DNA of 64,000 nt from a bacterium (GTDB lineage Bacteria > Planctomycetota > UBA8108 > UBA1146). Under the pieces are notes generated by a model that saw only the letters and a list, made by a program, of their open reading frames with translations, was not told the DNA's origin and made no database searches. The DNA lies in NCBI GenBank assembly GCA_029976805.1, contig JAPOLY010000003.1, positions 10,223 to 74,222 of the forward strand, written 5' to 3'. The translations under genes were made by a program, and so were the position numbers. Shown in pieces: positions 19,190 to 28,617 of this stretch (positions within the stretch are counted from its first letter, which is position 1; each line of letters opens with the position of its first letter).

Positions 19190-19863
19190 GATGAGGCCGC
19201 CGATCGGGCTTCACGATACTCGCGAATATTGCTCCGATGACGGATTACGATCAGCAGGCAAATGATGACCAGAGTCAATCCCAGTCTGCGTTGATCCTCC
19301 ACGGACCCACTGTTGATCAGGATGCTTCCAAAGGAAAACACCTGAGCCATCATCGTGGCTCCCAGCAGTGCGCCTCCCAAAGCGGCGACCACAGAAGAGA
19401 TCCCGACGCTGCGAATCTTCATGAGGACTCCCCCCCAAAAGACCAACATTGAAATTGCAAGCCACGGTTCATAAGCCAACAAGACTCCCGCGGTGGTCGC
19501 CACTCCCTTGCCACCCTTACCCAGAAGGAAGGGGGAAAAACAGTGGCCTACGATTGCGGCAGCCCCGACAGCAAGAGCAAACAGGACAGGAAGATGCTCC
19601 CCTGTATGGAATTGTTCAGACAGAAAAACGGGAGCCAGCAAGACGGGAACGACTCCCTTGAGGAGATCGAAACCGAGGCCAATGGCACCCAGTTTCTTCC
19701 CAAGGTTCCGAGAGAGATTGGTCGCTCCGGGGTTCCCACTGCCCACTTTCAGAAGATCCACTCCGTTGAGACGGGCGATGATGTAACTGAAGGGGATTGA
19801 GCCGATGAGATAAGAACAGAGAAGAGCAGTCAAAAAAGAGGAATCGGATATCAGATCTGTCAT
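19186..19863 (-). CDS. plsY: Glycerol-3-phosphate acyltransferase PlsY
   Basis: GSGNPGATN motif and multiple TM helices. Start at ATG 19863. Confidence 0.85.
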   Translation of the reverse strand: MTDLISDSSFLTALLCSYLIGSIPFSYIIARLNGVDLLKVGSGNPGATNLSRNLGKKLGAIGLGFDLLKGVVPVLLAPVFLSEQFHTGEHLPVLFALAVGAAAIVGHCFSPFLLGKGGKGVATTAGVLLAYEPWLAISMLVFWGGVLMKIRSVGISSVVAALGGALLGATMMAQVFSFGSILINSGSVEDQRRLGLTLVIICLLIVIRHRSNIREYREARSAASS

Positions 19864-20058
19864 CCTGCCCCCCAACTGCAAATCGTGGAAATCCCCAGTG
19901 TTTCCGCTACATCCAAGGAGTCAGTACAAACTGCGGCGGGCCCCTGTGCAACCCTTCATACCCAAAGGAATCACCGCCGCCCTCCCCTGTGAAGGTTCGG
20001 CTAGAGTCAGGACCTTCCGTGGGCTAGATTCGATCTTTAACCATGGAAAAGGAATCCT

Positions 20059-21114
20059 GTGGAACGCGCTGACCTCCAGAGATATGACCGCCAGAGAAGG
20101 GTTCGCAACGGAGCCATACTCGACGACCTTTGGGCACAGACCTCTGTCCTTCTGGTCGGCGTCGGTGGTGTCGGGTCCCCTCTCGCACAGATGCTCCACC
20201 GCAGTGGTCTTGGAAGGCTGACCCTTACCGACGGTGACCGGGTCCAGGCCACAGACCTCCACAGACAGATTCTCTACACTGATGAAGACGTTCAACAAGG
20301 ACTGCCAAAGGTGAGAGCCGCCAAGAGAGCCCTCGAATCGCAGGGGGGGCGGTGCGTCGTTGAATCACATGAAGGTCATCTGACCCCCCGCAATGTTCTG
20401 GACCTCTTCAGAGGCCACGATGTGGTGATTGATGCCACCGATCACGTCGCCGTCCGATCCCTGATACAGAAAGCCTCCCTGCAGACCGGTATTGGCTGGA
20501 TCCATTCTGCGGCCATCGCCGACCGCTGGGTCGCGGCCTCATTCAATCCACCGGGGTCCCCCTGCTACCATTGCTGGGTCGACCCGCGGATGGATCAGTA
20601 CCCATTGGGAACCTGTGAAACCGAGGGGGTTCTTCCTGCTGCATGTTTTGCTGCAGCTTCAGCGGTCTTGAGGCTTCTCACTGAAAGCTTGCGAGCAGGT
20701 CCCGACAATGATTCTCCCCGTGGTCAAATCCGCAAAATTCTCCGTGGATCGCTGACCACTGGTGAGACGTGGATCGAATTGGCTGCGGACCCTTCCTGCC
20801 CCACCTGTTCCGATCAGGGGAAGACCACGAGGATTCTCGACACGGAATCCGCCCCCGGCACGCATCCCGTTCGCCGACTCTGCGGGAGTGGCTCACTGGA
20901 AACCTGGATTGATGAAGGTCTCGATCAGATCGAAACAGTTTTGCAAAAATCCGCTGGGACAGAGAACTACAGCCGAAGCCCCTGGTCCCTGCGCATCGAA
21001 GATCCCGCTGGAGCCGTCATTTGCTTTGAGGACGGGCGTGCTCTGATCACAGGGGATCTCGCTGCGGACGAAGATCGGGCAAAAGAAAGGCTGGCACAAA
21101 TCCTCGGGTATTGA
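20059..21114 (+). CDS. E1-like adenylyltransferase of ThiF/MoeB/HesA family with Zn-binding CxxC pairs and a ~95-aa C-terminal extension
   Basis: RYDRQ and VLLVGVGGVGSP nucleotide-binding motifs. CYHC...CPTC are spaced as in MoeB. GTG start with an AAGGA SD. The C-terminal 95 aa has no domain I recognise. Confidence 0.78.
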   Translation: MERADLQRYDRQRRVRNGAILDDLWAQTSVLLVGVGGVGSPLAQMLHRSGLGRLTLTDGDRVQATDLHRQILYTDEDVQQGLPKVRAAKRALESQGGRCVVESHEGHLTPRNVLDLFRGHDVVIDATDHVAVRSLIQKASLQTGIGWIHSAAIADRWVAASFNPPGSPCYHCWVDPRMDQYPLGTCETEGVLPAACFAAASAVLRLLTESLRAGPDNDSPRGQIRKILRGSLTTGETWIELAADPSCPTCSDQGKTTRILDTESAPGTHPVRRLCGSGSLETWIDEGLDQIETVLQKSAGTENYSRSPWSLRIEDPAGAVICFEDGRALITGDLAADEDRAKERLAQILGY

Positions 21115-21156
21115 GGGTTTGTGCCAGCCTGCACATTTCAGATTGTCTGGATCAGA

Positions 21157-22176
21157 TTAACTGATCAGGCGCAACTTGCGACGCTCTTCACCGATTTGAT
21201 GGAACAGGTCCTCACGCTCGGTCTCTTGCTGCATCTGCATGTTGAAGACTGCTTCGCGCGTCTCCTCCAGGCGCTTGTGAAGCCGCTCCGACCGGTCCAA
21301 TCGCTCTTCCACAAGATTCAGAACATCCTGAAACTTGGTCTGCTTGAAGACATCGCTGAAGAGATGCTTGTAGAAGGGAAGCAGAATCGGTGCGAAGTCA
21401 GAGAACTCGAAAAGATCGTAATCTTCATCGTTGAGGCAGATCAATTCTCCCAGTGAGGTTTTGAGATTGCGCTCAGCTCCCTCGAGCATTTCGCGAATTC
21501 TTCCGATCAGAGAGTGCTTGAACAGATCGACGAGGTATCCACTCTCGAGCCAATCCTGAACCGAGTAATGACTGCGAGCCTGAAGCACAAAGTTGCGTGC
21601 AGACGCAAGGTAGTCATTCGCTCTTTGAACACAGAAGAGAGCGTCATCGATGTTGGTCAGGTCTTCAGTCAGCACATTCCAGCGCGACTCCGTCTCCTCG
21701 AAATTCTCGGAGATCTTCAGAACCGGTTCACCCTCCTCGAGGATGAAACTGCTCAACGCCTGGGTTCTCTCCGACTGCAAGCCCTCAATTTTGTCGTGGA
21801 AGACACGGAAGGTTTGCAACTTTTCCGACGTATCAGTGATGTCCTGATCCAGAAGGTCGAGTTCGTCGACGATTTCCGGGCGCATTCCGATAGCGATGAA
21901 CTCAAGGCGAATATCCTCGAAAGAGAAAGAGGATTCCTCCTCCATCAACTTGCGGGAAATTTCGACAAAGGAGAGACCGCCCAGGGAGTTTTGTGAACCA
22001 CTCTCCGATTCGGGGTAACTACTGAGAGAATTTCTCATGTGATCCCGATGTGCACGAAGAAAGTGCACTCGAGTGGCAAGACGCTGTTCCTTTTCGAGCT
22101 TGATCTGGCAATAACCCAGTTCCTTCTCAATCTTTTCGAGACGTCGAATCAAGGACAAATCCTTGCGCATCAGCAT
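21157..22176 (-). CDS. Hypothetical protein, predicted coiled-coil rich
   Basis: 339-aa ORF rich in E/K/R/L heptad-like stretches. Convergent with the E1-like gene. Confidence 0.45.
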   Translation of the reverse strand: MLMRKDLSLIRRLEKIEKELGYCQIKLEKEQRLATRVHFLRAHRDHMRNSLSSYPESESGSQNSLGGLSFVEISRKLMEEESSFSFEDIRLEFIAIGMRPEIVDELDLLDQDITDTSEKLQTFRVFHDKIEGLQSERTQALSSFILEEGEPVLKISENFEETESRWNVLTEDLTNIDDALFCVQRANDYLASARNFVLQARSHYSVQDWLESGYLVDLFKHSLIGRIREMLEGAERNLKTSLGELICLNDEDYDLFEFSDFAPILLPFYKHLFSDVFKQTKFQDVLNLVEERLDRSERLHKRLEETREAVFNMQMQQETEREDLFHQIGEERRKLRLIS

Positions 22177-22452
22177 TCCTTTCCCGCGTGCCCTGTCTTG
22201 TGGACAGACACGTCACTCCCATGATACGAGTCGGAAAATCGATTTTCCGGCTCGAACCGAGACGCCCCTTTCGAGGCCTCCTCGTCCCGTAAAAGTTGGA
22301 TCACTCAGCGCCAACAATGCAGCAATAATAAATGCATCGTGTCTTGCCAGATGTCCTCACTCCAACCAAGATGCGATCGTACCACAAACCACATCAAAAT
22401 TGCACGGGTCCATTTCGACAACTTTTCCGTGTGTCACGAATGGGAATCAAAA

Positions 22453-23181
22453 ATGATTTCACCACTGATCCTCATTGCCCTTTTGCCATTAGCAGTCGAT
22501 GACCCCAAACCTGTCTCACCCGTTCCGGATAAGTGGGTCTCCCCCCTGCCTTATGTGACAGATTCGGAAATCAGTTGGCGTTGGGTCCACGCGGGAGCAC
22601 CTGTCGGATCAACCCGTATTCGCCTGATTCCGCCAGTAAAGCCTGAGACAAAGCGTTGGAGACTGGACTCACGGCTGAACTGGAAAAGGGACGGTCGTAT
22701 CCTGGACATCCGTCAAAAGACCGATTTCACCGCTGAAAACCTGCGCCCGATTTCCCTGCAAAGGCAACTCTCGGTCGAATCACTGGCGGGAGCTCTGACC
22801 GATCAGGTCACAGCAGCAGACTTCCGGGAAGAGGACGTTCGAATCGTCGTCAGGGATCCAAGATCTGGCAATCAGGTCGATCGCGTGATCCCACTCAAGA
22901 ATCAGTTCGTTCTGCTCGGTAATCAGTCCTTCGAACATTGGTTATTGATCGGCAAAAAGATTGCTCAATCAAAAGAGGCTACATTCTCGGCCCTGATCCC
23001 TGGTGAATACCGCTTTCTCGAACTGCAACTTGTTCGCGAAAGACAAGAAAAGATCGGAGAAATCCCGGTCTATCGCTGGAAAGTCCAGTCGAAGGATTTT
23101 GAAGCTCTTCTGTGGGTGGGCACCAAAGGGGAAATTGAACGCTATCGCCAGGGAGAAGTGGAAATCCAGAGGGTCCGGTAA
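22453..23181 (+). CDS. Hypothetical secreted protein (N-terminal signal peptide)
   Basis: ATG 22453 begins with a signal-like MISPLILIALLPLAV. Confidence 0.45.
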   Translation: MISPLILIALLPLAVDDPKPVSPVPDKWVSPLPYVTDSEISWRWVHAGAPVGSTRIRLIPPVKPETKRWRLDSRLNWKRDGRILDIRQKTDFTAENLRPISLQRQLSVESLAGALTDQVTAADFREEDVRIVVRDPRSGNQVDRVIPLKNQFVLLGNQSFEHWLLIGKKIAQSKEATFSALIPGEYRFLELQLVRERQEKIGEIPVYRWKVQSKDFEALLWVGTKGEIERYRQGEVEIQRVR

Positions 23182-23196
23182 GCCCTCCACTGGATC

Positions 23197-24633
23197 TCAA
23201 TCCCCTTCCAACTCCGACAACTTTTCGCGGATGGAGTTGATAAAGTTACGCAGTTTTCCCAAAGTCTGCGTCCGTTCTGTGGCCGGATCCCAGTCGAAAT
23301 CGGCGACAAAATCATTGGGATGCCTCTCCTTGCCCAGAGCCATATAGATCACCGTGCTCTCCAGACGGCTGTACTTCACCAGCGTATGAAAAAGCAGGGG
23401 AATGTTGCGTGCAGGGCCTGGATAGCGGTCTGGCCAGGGAATCGCCCCTTCCTCTACCCATGGACTCCACCGCTGGGGCAATTCCTCATCGAGCAATCTT
23501 CTCCAGCGTCTTTCGTCGAAGCGGGAACCCCGCCCCAGATCGTCAAGAACCGGTGCCAGAGGGTGAGTCAACATTCGTGAATACCGGGCATCGTCACGCA
23601 CCAGTTTCGCCCTTTTTCCGCGAGCGTGGGCTCCTGCAACCAACAGCAGATCCCGGGTCATTTCGACCTCATCCAGCAGTTGGCGATACCACCGGCGAAT
23701 CTTTTCTCCCTGTCGCTTTGCCTCAGCTGCTGTATCGACGCTGAGGGTTCCACTCCAGCTCCAGTCCTGCCCGGCGAACTCCTCGCCCCGGATACCAAGA
23801 ACCTGACTCTGACGATCCTCAGTGGCAGCCTCCCAAGACCACACCACCTCCACCCTGAGAAGGCCCGCATACCACTGACGGGGTACCAGAGGCAGTTGCC
23901 ACAGATTGTCTTCTCCCGTGACCTTGAGGATTCCCCCATCCAGAGTTCGACCATCCCCCACCACCTGAATCCTCAGGCGACTTCCCACCGGAGCTTTGGT
24001 CATTGCAGGAATGACCAGCAGCGAAGGGAACTCCACGGAATTGGGACGCAAAAGAACCAGTCTCTCGATCGTCAGCAGATCTTCGGGGGCCTTCTGGAGA
24101 GTGGAATCGACGATCCATCGTCCTGTCGTCGGTGGATCGATCTCCAGTCGGGATGTGGATTTGCGCAGTCCCGACTCCAGCGATCCAAAACCTCCAACCA
24201 CCAAACCCTGAACCTGGAGTTCCTGAGACGCATCGGTCGATTCAATCGGCTCTCCGGAAGGCTGGAACAATCCAGTCTGCAATCCGGCAGCGACCGGGTT
24301 TCCCCGGGAGTCCATCACCCGAAGCAACACTTCAAACGGACTCTCTGATTCCGGTCCCCCGACTCCGGATCCGCTGTCCTGAGGGGATCCGGAACTCTGT
24401 GATCCGTTTCTTTGGGCTATGGGGGGATCGATCACCGTTGATCCAGGGTTCTTGGTCTCGCCGGGATTGATCTCCGTATTTTCAGATCTCTGATCCGAAT
24501 CCTGACTCCCCTTCTCGGTACTCTGTACCGGTGCACCAGGGCTTATCTCGGGCTGCCAGCGGTTGAGAACAAAAAGGGAGATCACAGAGACCATCAGCAG
24601 AAGAAAAACCAGCGAACCACGGATTCCGCTCAT
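23197..24633 (-). CDS. Hypothetical membrane-anchored protein with Gly/Ser/Pro/Asp-rich linker; last gene of the ABC/GldG operon
   Basis: ATG 24633 overlaps the upstream stop (ATGA). An N-terminal TM helix (LVFLLLMVSVISLFVL) is followed by a low-complexity linker and a ~330-aa globular part. Confidence 0.5.
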   Translation of the reverse strand: MSGIRGSLVFLLLMVSVISLFVLNRWQPEISPGAPVQSTEKGSQDSDQRSENTEINPGETKNPGSTVIDPPIAQRNGSQSSGSPQDSGSGVGGPESESPFEVLLRVMDSRGNPVAAGLQTGLFQPSGEPIESTDASQELQVQGLVVGGFGSLESGLRKSTSRLEIDPPTTGRWIVDSTLQKAPEDLLTIERLVLLRPNSVEFPSLLVIPAMTKAPVGSRLRIQVVGDGRTLDGGILKVTGEDNLWQLPLVPRQWYAGLLRVEVVWSWEAATEDRQSQVLGIRGEEFAGQDWSWSGTLSVDTAAEAKRQGEKIRRWYRQLLDEVEMTRDLLLVAGAHARGKRAKLVRDDARYSRMLTHPLAPVLDDLGRGSRFDERRWRRLLDEELPQRWSPWVEEGAIPWPDRYPGPARNIPLLFHTLVKYSRLESTVIYMALGKERHPNDFVADFDWDPATERTQTLGKLRNFINSIREKLSELEGD

Positions 24634-26432
24634 CGGGGGCCCCCTCCCTCCGAGGTCAATCTTTCCAGAGTGTCGACCGCAAGAGTTTCCAGATTGGCTC
24701 CTGCAACGGGAGCAAGGGCAAACCCCCATACCGATTCACCCAGTCTGGCACGAATCCAACCCTCGTCGGTAAGCCCACCCAAAAAGAGGGTTCGCAAAGG
24801 TTGGTCGGTCGAATCCATTGCCAGCCAATCGATCCTGACCCGGTGAAGGTCCTTCGTGGGCGCCGGTTCTGCTGGATCGAGCCAACGACCTACCGCCAAC
24901 CCCCTGAAACGCTCTGCAACCAGTTGCAACTCTTGTTGAGAAGCCTCGACCAACTCAGGCGCAGCTCCTCCATTGACGGCACGCCATTGCTGATTGGGCC
25001 GTACCAACTCGACTTCTCCCAAATCGGCAGAGGAGAGACGAATTCTGGTCAACTCTTCCTCGAGGACGGGCAATTCTCTCGAGCGCACGGTGAAGGGAGC
25101 TTTCCGCATCGCTTCCAGCGAACTGAGCACGGCGATGGCACAACTGTCCCTGCGGGGATTCCAGATGTAGTGGTGCCCCGGACGACCTTCGACTGGAGAA
25201 CCGACAATCAGGTCTTCCAACTCTCCACTGGAAGTTTGCAACTGAACCTCCAAAAGAGCCTGGTCAAAGCCGAACTGTTGCAACCGGCTACGATCGACCT
25301 TTTGCCACGTCTCGGATCGCAGGGTACGCAAGTCCGTCAGCCAAGACTCCACGATTCCCTTTTGAGCGTTGCGAACCCGGGAGTCACCTGCCCAGTCGAC
25401 CCTCCATTCTCCGCTGTCGTCTCCCTTGATTTCCACAGGGCCGTAGGCACCGGAGGAGAACTTCAGAAGTTGGATACGGGGATTGTCCGTACGGATCAGA
25501 TAGGGACTCAACAATCGCGCAGAGGACCGGTTCACAATAGTTTCAGCAGTGGATCCGGCAACGATCAGAACCGCCGAACGGTCGCTCGTCTTGACCGCCA
25601 CGGCAGTGGAAGCCCCCTCGACGGCAAACACCGGACCGATCTCGATGGTCTTTTCCAGATCGTCTGTTTTGAGGGTCAACACTGCACGGGGATTCTTCAA
25701 CTCCATCGGAAACTGGTCTGGATCATCGATGTAATCGATGACCGCCCATTGACTGAGTTTTTCCAACCAGGTCTCGATGGCATTGGGGTTCGCATCTCCG
25801 CGATAGGGCTGTTCCATCCACCAGAAGGGTCCGCTCCTCTTCAGCAGCAGCGTCTGTTCACCGGGTCGACTCAAAGTCAATTCTGTGATGCGTTGTGGTG
25901 AAATGCCGACGACCGCATCCTCGCGCAATTCCGAGAGTTGAAAATCCTCGAGGACCCCCCTCAACTCCGGTTGAACCAACACCGATCTCCCATCGATCAG
26001 GGCATGCACTCTGTCGAGGGAGGGATGATCTGATCCAAATGCGACCTGATGGACTCTGGAACCGGTTTCGATACTCAGGGAAACACGGGGCTGGTCGAGT
26101 CCACAGCGAGCAAGATCCTCGGGCCCATCTCCGTAGGATTCCATATCCCGAAGCATCAACAGCAAATCCTCGATGGCGGCGAAACGGCCTTCATCGACGA
26201 CGGGTGCAGTCATGCTCCAACGACTTCTTTCAGCTGTGCTGATCTGCTCGATGCGAATTGGGTTCCCATCGCCACGATCGATCTCGAAGGATTTCACGGC
26301 GGGAACAGAAAAATTGAGTGGGCGATCACTGCCAACCACGTAAGTCGGCCGCGCATCACGGACCGAGCGGTAGGCAATAAAGGTCAGCACCACTGCCAAT
26401 ATCGCAAGAATCTGTGTTGTCCGTGGATTCAT
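24630..26432 (-). CDS. DUF4340-family protein (GldG-associated)
   Basis: 600 aa. An N-terminal TM helix and the position immediately after a GldG-like gene fit DUF4340. ATGA overlaps on both sides. Confidence 0.6.
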   Translation of the reverse strand: MNPRTTQILAILAVVLTFIAYRSVRDARPTYVVGSDRPLNFSVPAVKSFEIDRGDGNPIRIEQISTAERSRWSMTAPVVDEGRFAAIEDLLLMLRDMESYGDGPEDLARCGLDQPRVSLSIETGSRVHQVAFGSDHPSLDRVHALIDGRSVLVQPELRGVLEDFQLSELREDAVVGISPQRITELTLSRPGEQTLLLKRSGPFWWMEQPYRGDANPNAIETWLEKLSQWAVIDYIDDPDQFPMELKNPRAVLTLKTDDLEKTIEIGPVFAVEGASTAVAVKTSDRSAVLIVAGSTAETIVNRSSARLLSPYLIRTDNPRIQLLKFSSGAYGPVEIKGDDSGEWRVDWAGDSRVRNAQKGIVESWLTDLRTLRSETWQKVDRSRLQQFGFDQALLEVQLQTSSGELEDLIVGSPVEGRPGHHYIWNPRRDSCAIAVLSSLEAMRKAPFTVRSRELPVLEEELTRIRLSSADLGEVELVRPNQQWRAVNGGAAPELVEASQQELQLVAERFRGLAVGRWLDPAEPAPTKDLHRVRIDWLAMDSTDQPLRTLFLGGLTDEGWIRARLGESVWGFALAPVAGANLETLAVDTLERLTSEGGGPR

Positions 26433-27886
26433 GCATTCCTCCTGCGCAGTGCACTGACCAGCAAACCGCCAAAGAAAGCGCAGGCGGGAAGCACTGCCAG
26501 AGCAGTCCAGAAGAATGAATTTCGAAATGGTAAGGAAAGTTCCACCCTGCGAGTCATCGGTTCACGACCGGCACCCAAAGGCTGGGTGTCTCCCGCGGCC
26601 CATTGAAAACATGAGAGCAGGAATCGGCGACTGTCACCCTGCCACAAAGCATTGAGAACAGCTGTCCAACTGGAAACGACGATCAGGCGGCCAGCACCGA
26701 CTTCGCTCGCCGCTGCAATCACTTGCGGGGATGGGGACTCCCCCGGATCACGCTGTGCCATGCGTCCATCACGTTCGACCCATGCACCGGGTCCCGTCGT
26801 CAGCAACGGCGTTGCCCCCTCCGAAAGTTGTAGAACTCTGGCGGGAGAAAAGCGGGCATTGAGCCCCCGTTTCAAAAAGGGCGCAGTTACAGGATGACGG
26901 GGATGCACCTGTCTGCCGACCGCGACAAATGCAGGTCGAACCAAGCCCTGTTCGAGAGCGATCTCCTCAGCAACCAGCCCGGGACCGACATCGATTCCGG
27001 AGCGGGACAGAAGTCCCTCCAGACCACTGACGTTTTTTCCCGGCAGGAGAAGGACGACTCCCCCTCCTGCTTCCAGATATCGCTGGATCGATCTTTCAGC
27101 CGCAGCCCCCAGGGGATCCCATGACCCCACCCCTCCTGCCACAATTACCAACAGGTCGGTATCGGCAGAGATCGATTCCACAAAAGGCAGGCGAATCCCC
27201 TCCACCTGTGCACCGCGGGATTCAAGATCCTTGCGCAGGGCCGCCATCGAATTATTACCCGGTTCATTCAATCCCGGTTCACCACTGCCCTGACTGATCC
27301 GGATTTGAATCTGCTCATCCCTGATCAGACGCCGCAGGGCGGATTCGATCCCCTCCCGTGTTCGGTCGACGAGAATCTCTGCAACGCCCTCCGGCTCGAG
27401 AGCCGAGGGAAACCGGAAATCAGCGAGCTCTTCTGCAGAGAGGGAAACCCTGCGTCCGTCATGAAAGAAATGGATGCGATCGACATCCGTTTCTTCCAGA
27501 GCCGGCACTCTTCTTGCCCTTTCTGCAGCCCATTTCTCCCCCTCCTGATTGACTCGAATCAGGATGGGGCGCTGCAGTCGGTTCGGAGTCACTTGACTGA
27601 GTTCCTCCAGCCAGCGGGCCGATTTCAGAAGGACCCGTGTTTTCAGCACATCCTCAATTTCCGGTCCAAGATTGAGTGGAATCACCACCTCGACGGGACC
27701 GGTCAATGCTGCGATCAGTTCACGATCCGATTCGGTCACCGTCAGCAGTCCATCCGAAGTCCAATCCGAGCGAATCGAAGAATGGAAGATCCAGGCATTG
27801 GCGACGAAGACACACCAGAGAGCCAAAAAGATCTGCAGAGGAACATGCCTGCGGGCTCGATTTTTTCGTTCTGTGAGAACACTCAT
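26429..27886 (-). CDS. GldG-like ABC-transport auxiliary component (ABC-type uncharacterized transport system)
   Basis: 485 aa with N- and C-terminal TM helices. Its position after an ABC-2 permease is the architecture typical of GldG homologs. Confidence 0.65.
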   Translation of the reverse strand: MSVLTERKNRARRHVPLQIFLALWCVFVANAWIFHSSIRSDWTSDGLLTVTESDRELIAALTGPVEVVIPLNLGPEIEDVLKTRVLLKSARWLEELSQVTPNRLQRPILIRVNQEGEKWAAERARRVPALEETDVDRIHFFHDGRRVSLSAEELADFRFPSALEPEGVAEILVDRTREGIESALRRLIRDEQIQIRISQGSGEPGLNEPGNNSMAALRKDLESRGAQVEGIRLPFVESISADTDLLVIVAGGVGSWDPLGAAAERSIQRYLEAGGGVVLLLPGKNVSGLEGLLSRSGIDVGPGLVAEEIALEQGLVRPAFVAVGRQVHPRHPVTAPFLKRGLNARFSPARVLQLSEGATPLLTTGPGAWVERDGRMAQRDPGESPSPQVIAAASEVGAGRLIVVSSWTAVLNALWQGDSRRFLLSCFQWAAGDTQPLGAGREPMTRRVELSLPFRNSFFWTALAVLPACAFFGGLLVSALRRRNA

Positions 27887-28617
27887 GCCCAGCGCCTCCT
27901 CTCCAGCACCCGTGTGGCGAGGAAGAGGGAGAAGAGAATCAGGGTGAACCAGAAAACAGGGACTCTCAAATCGAGGATTCCACGGGTCAACTCATCCACC
28001 ATGTGGTGAATCGCACTGACATGCTCGATCCAAAGCAACTCGATCTCTCCGGGTCGGAAGAGGTTGCTGAAAAAGTGAACCATGAAAAGAGCAATGTTGA
28101 AGGTGAAGGACAATCCGGCTGCAGCCAACGGATGAGCGGTCAGTGCAGAAGCCAGAATTCCATTGGCACAAAATGCAGATCCGATGAAAAAGATTCCAAC
28201 ATGCGTGGTGAAAAGCAATCCCGGCTCCACTTCGCCCACCAGCGAAAGTACCCCCCAAAGTGGGAGCAAGCCCAACCAGAGTGTGAAGTAGAAGATCGAA
28301 GAAGCAGCCCACTTGGCAATGACCACACTGGCATCGCTGATTCCTGTGACCATCAGAACTTCGAGAGCCCCCTGCCGATGCTCTTCTGCAAGACTTCTCA
28401 TCGTCACCAGAGGCGGGATGACCAGAAACATGAACCAGAAGACGAGACCACCATAAGCAGAACTCAGAAGCTGTCGAAGATCCCCTCCCACTGCAACGAT
28501 GGAGATGTACATGTTCGCCCCCATCACGAGGAGGAACAGTACAAGAATGATCCACGAGACGGGAGAAACGAAAGTCGAGAGCAATTCCCTGCGAAGGAGA
28601 ATCAGGGTTCTGTTCAT
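27883..28617 (-). CDS. ABC-2 type transporter permease (GldF-like)
   Basis: Six predicted TM helices. ATG 28617 overlaps the ATPase stop. Confidence 0.72.
   Translation of the reverse strand: MNRTLILLRRELLSTFVSPVSWIILVLFLLVMGANMYISIVAVGGDLRQLLSSAYGGLVFWFMFLVIPPLVTMRSLAEEHRQGALEVLMVTGISDASVVIAKWAASSIFYFTLWLGLLPLWGVLSLVGEVEPGLLFTTHVGIFFIGSAFCANGILASALTAHPLAAAGLSFTFNIALFMVHFFSNLFRPGEIELLWIEHVSAIHHMVDELTRGILDLRVPVFWFTLILFSLFLATRVLERRRWA

Noticed and set aside
19882-20058. Possible TPP riboswitch upstream of the ThiF-like gene (GGGGC...ACCCUUCAUACC)
   Set aside because: The obligatory CUGAGA and pyrimidine-sensor helices are absent.
24801-25901. 366-aa plus-strand ORF
   Set aside because: Antisense to the DUF4340 gene, which is in an operon with clean ATGA coupling; no domain.
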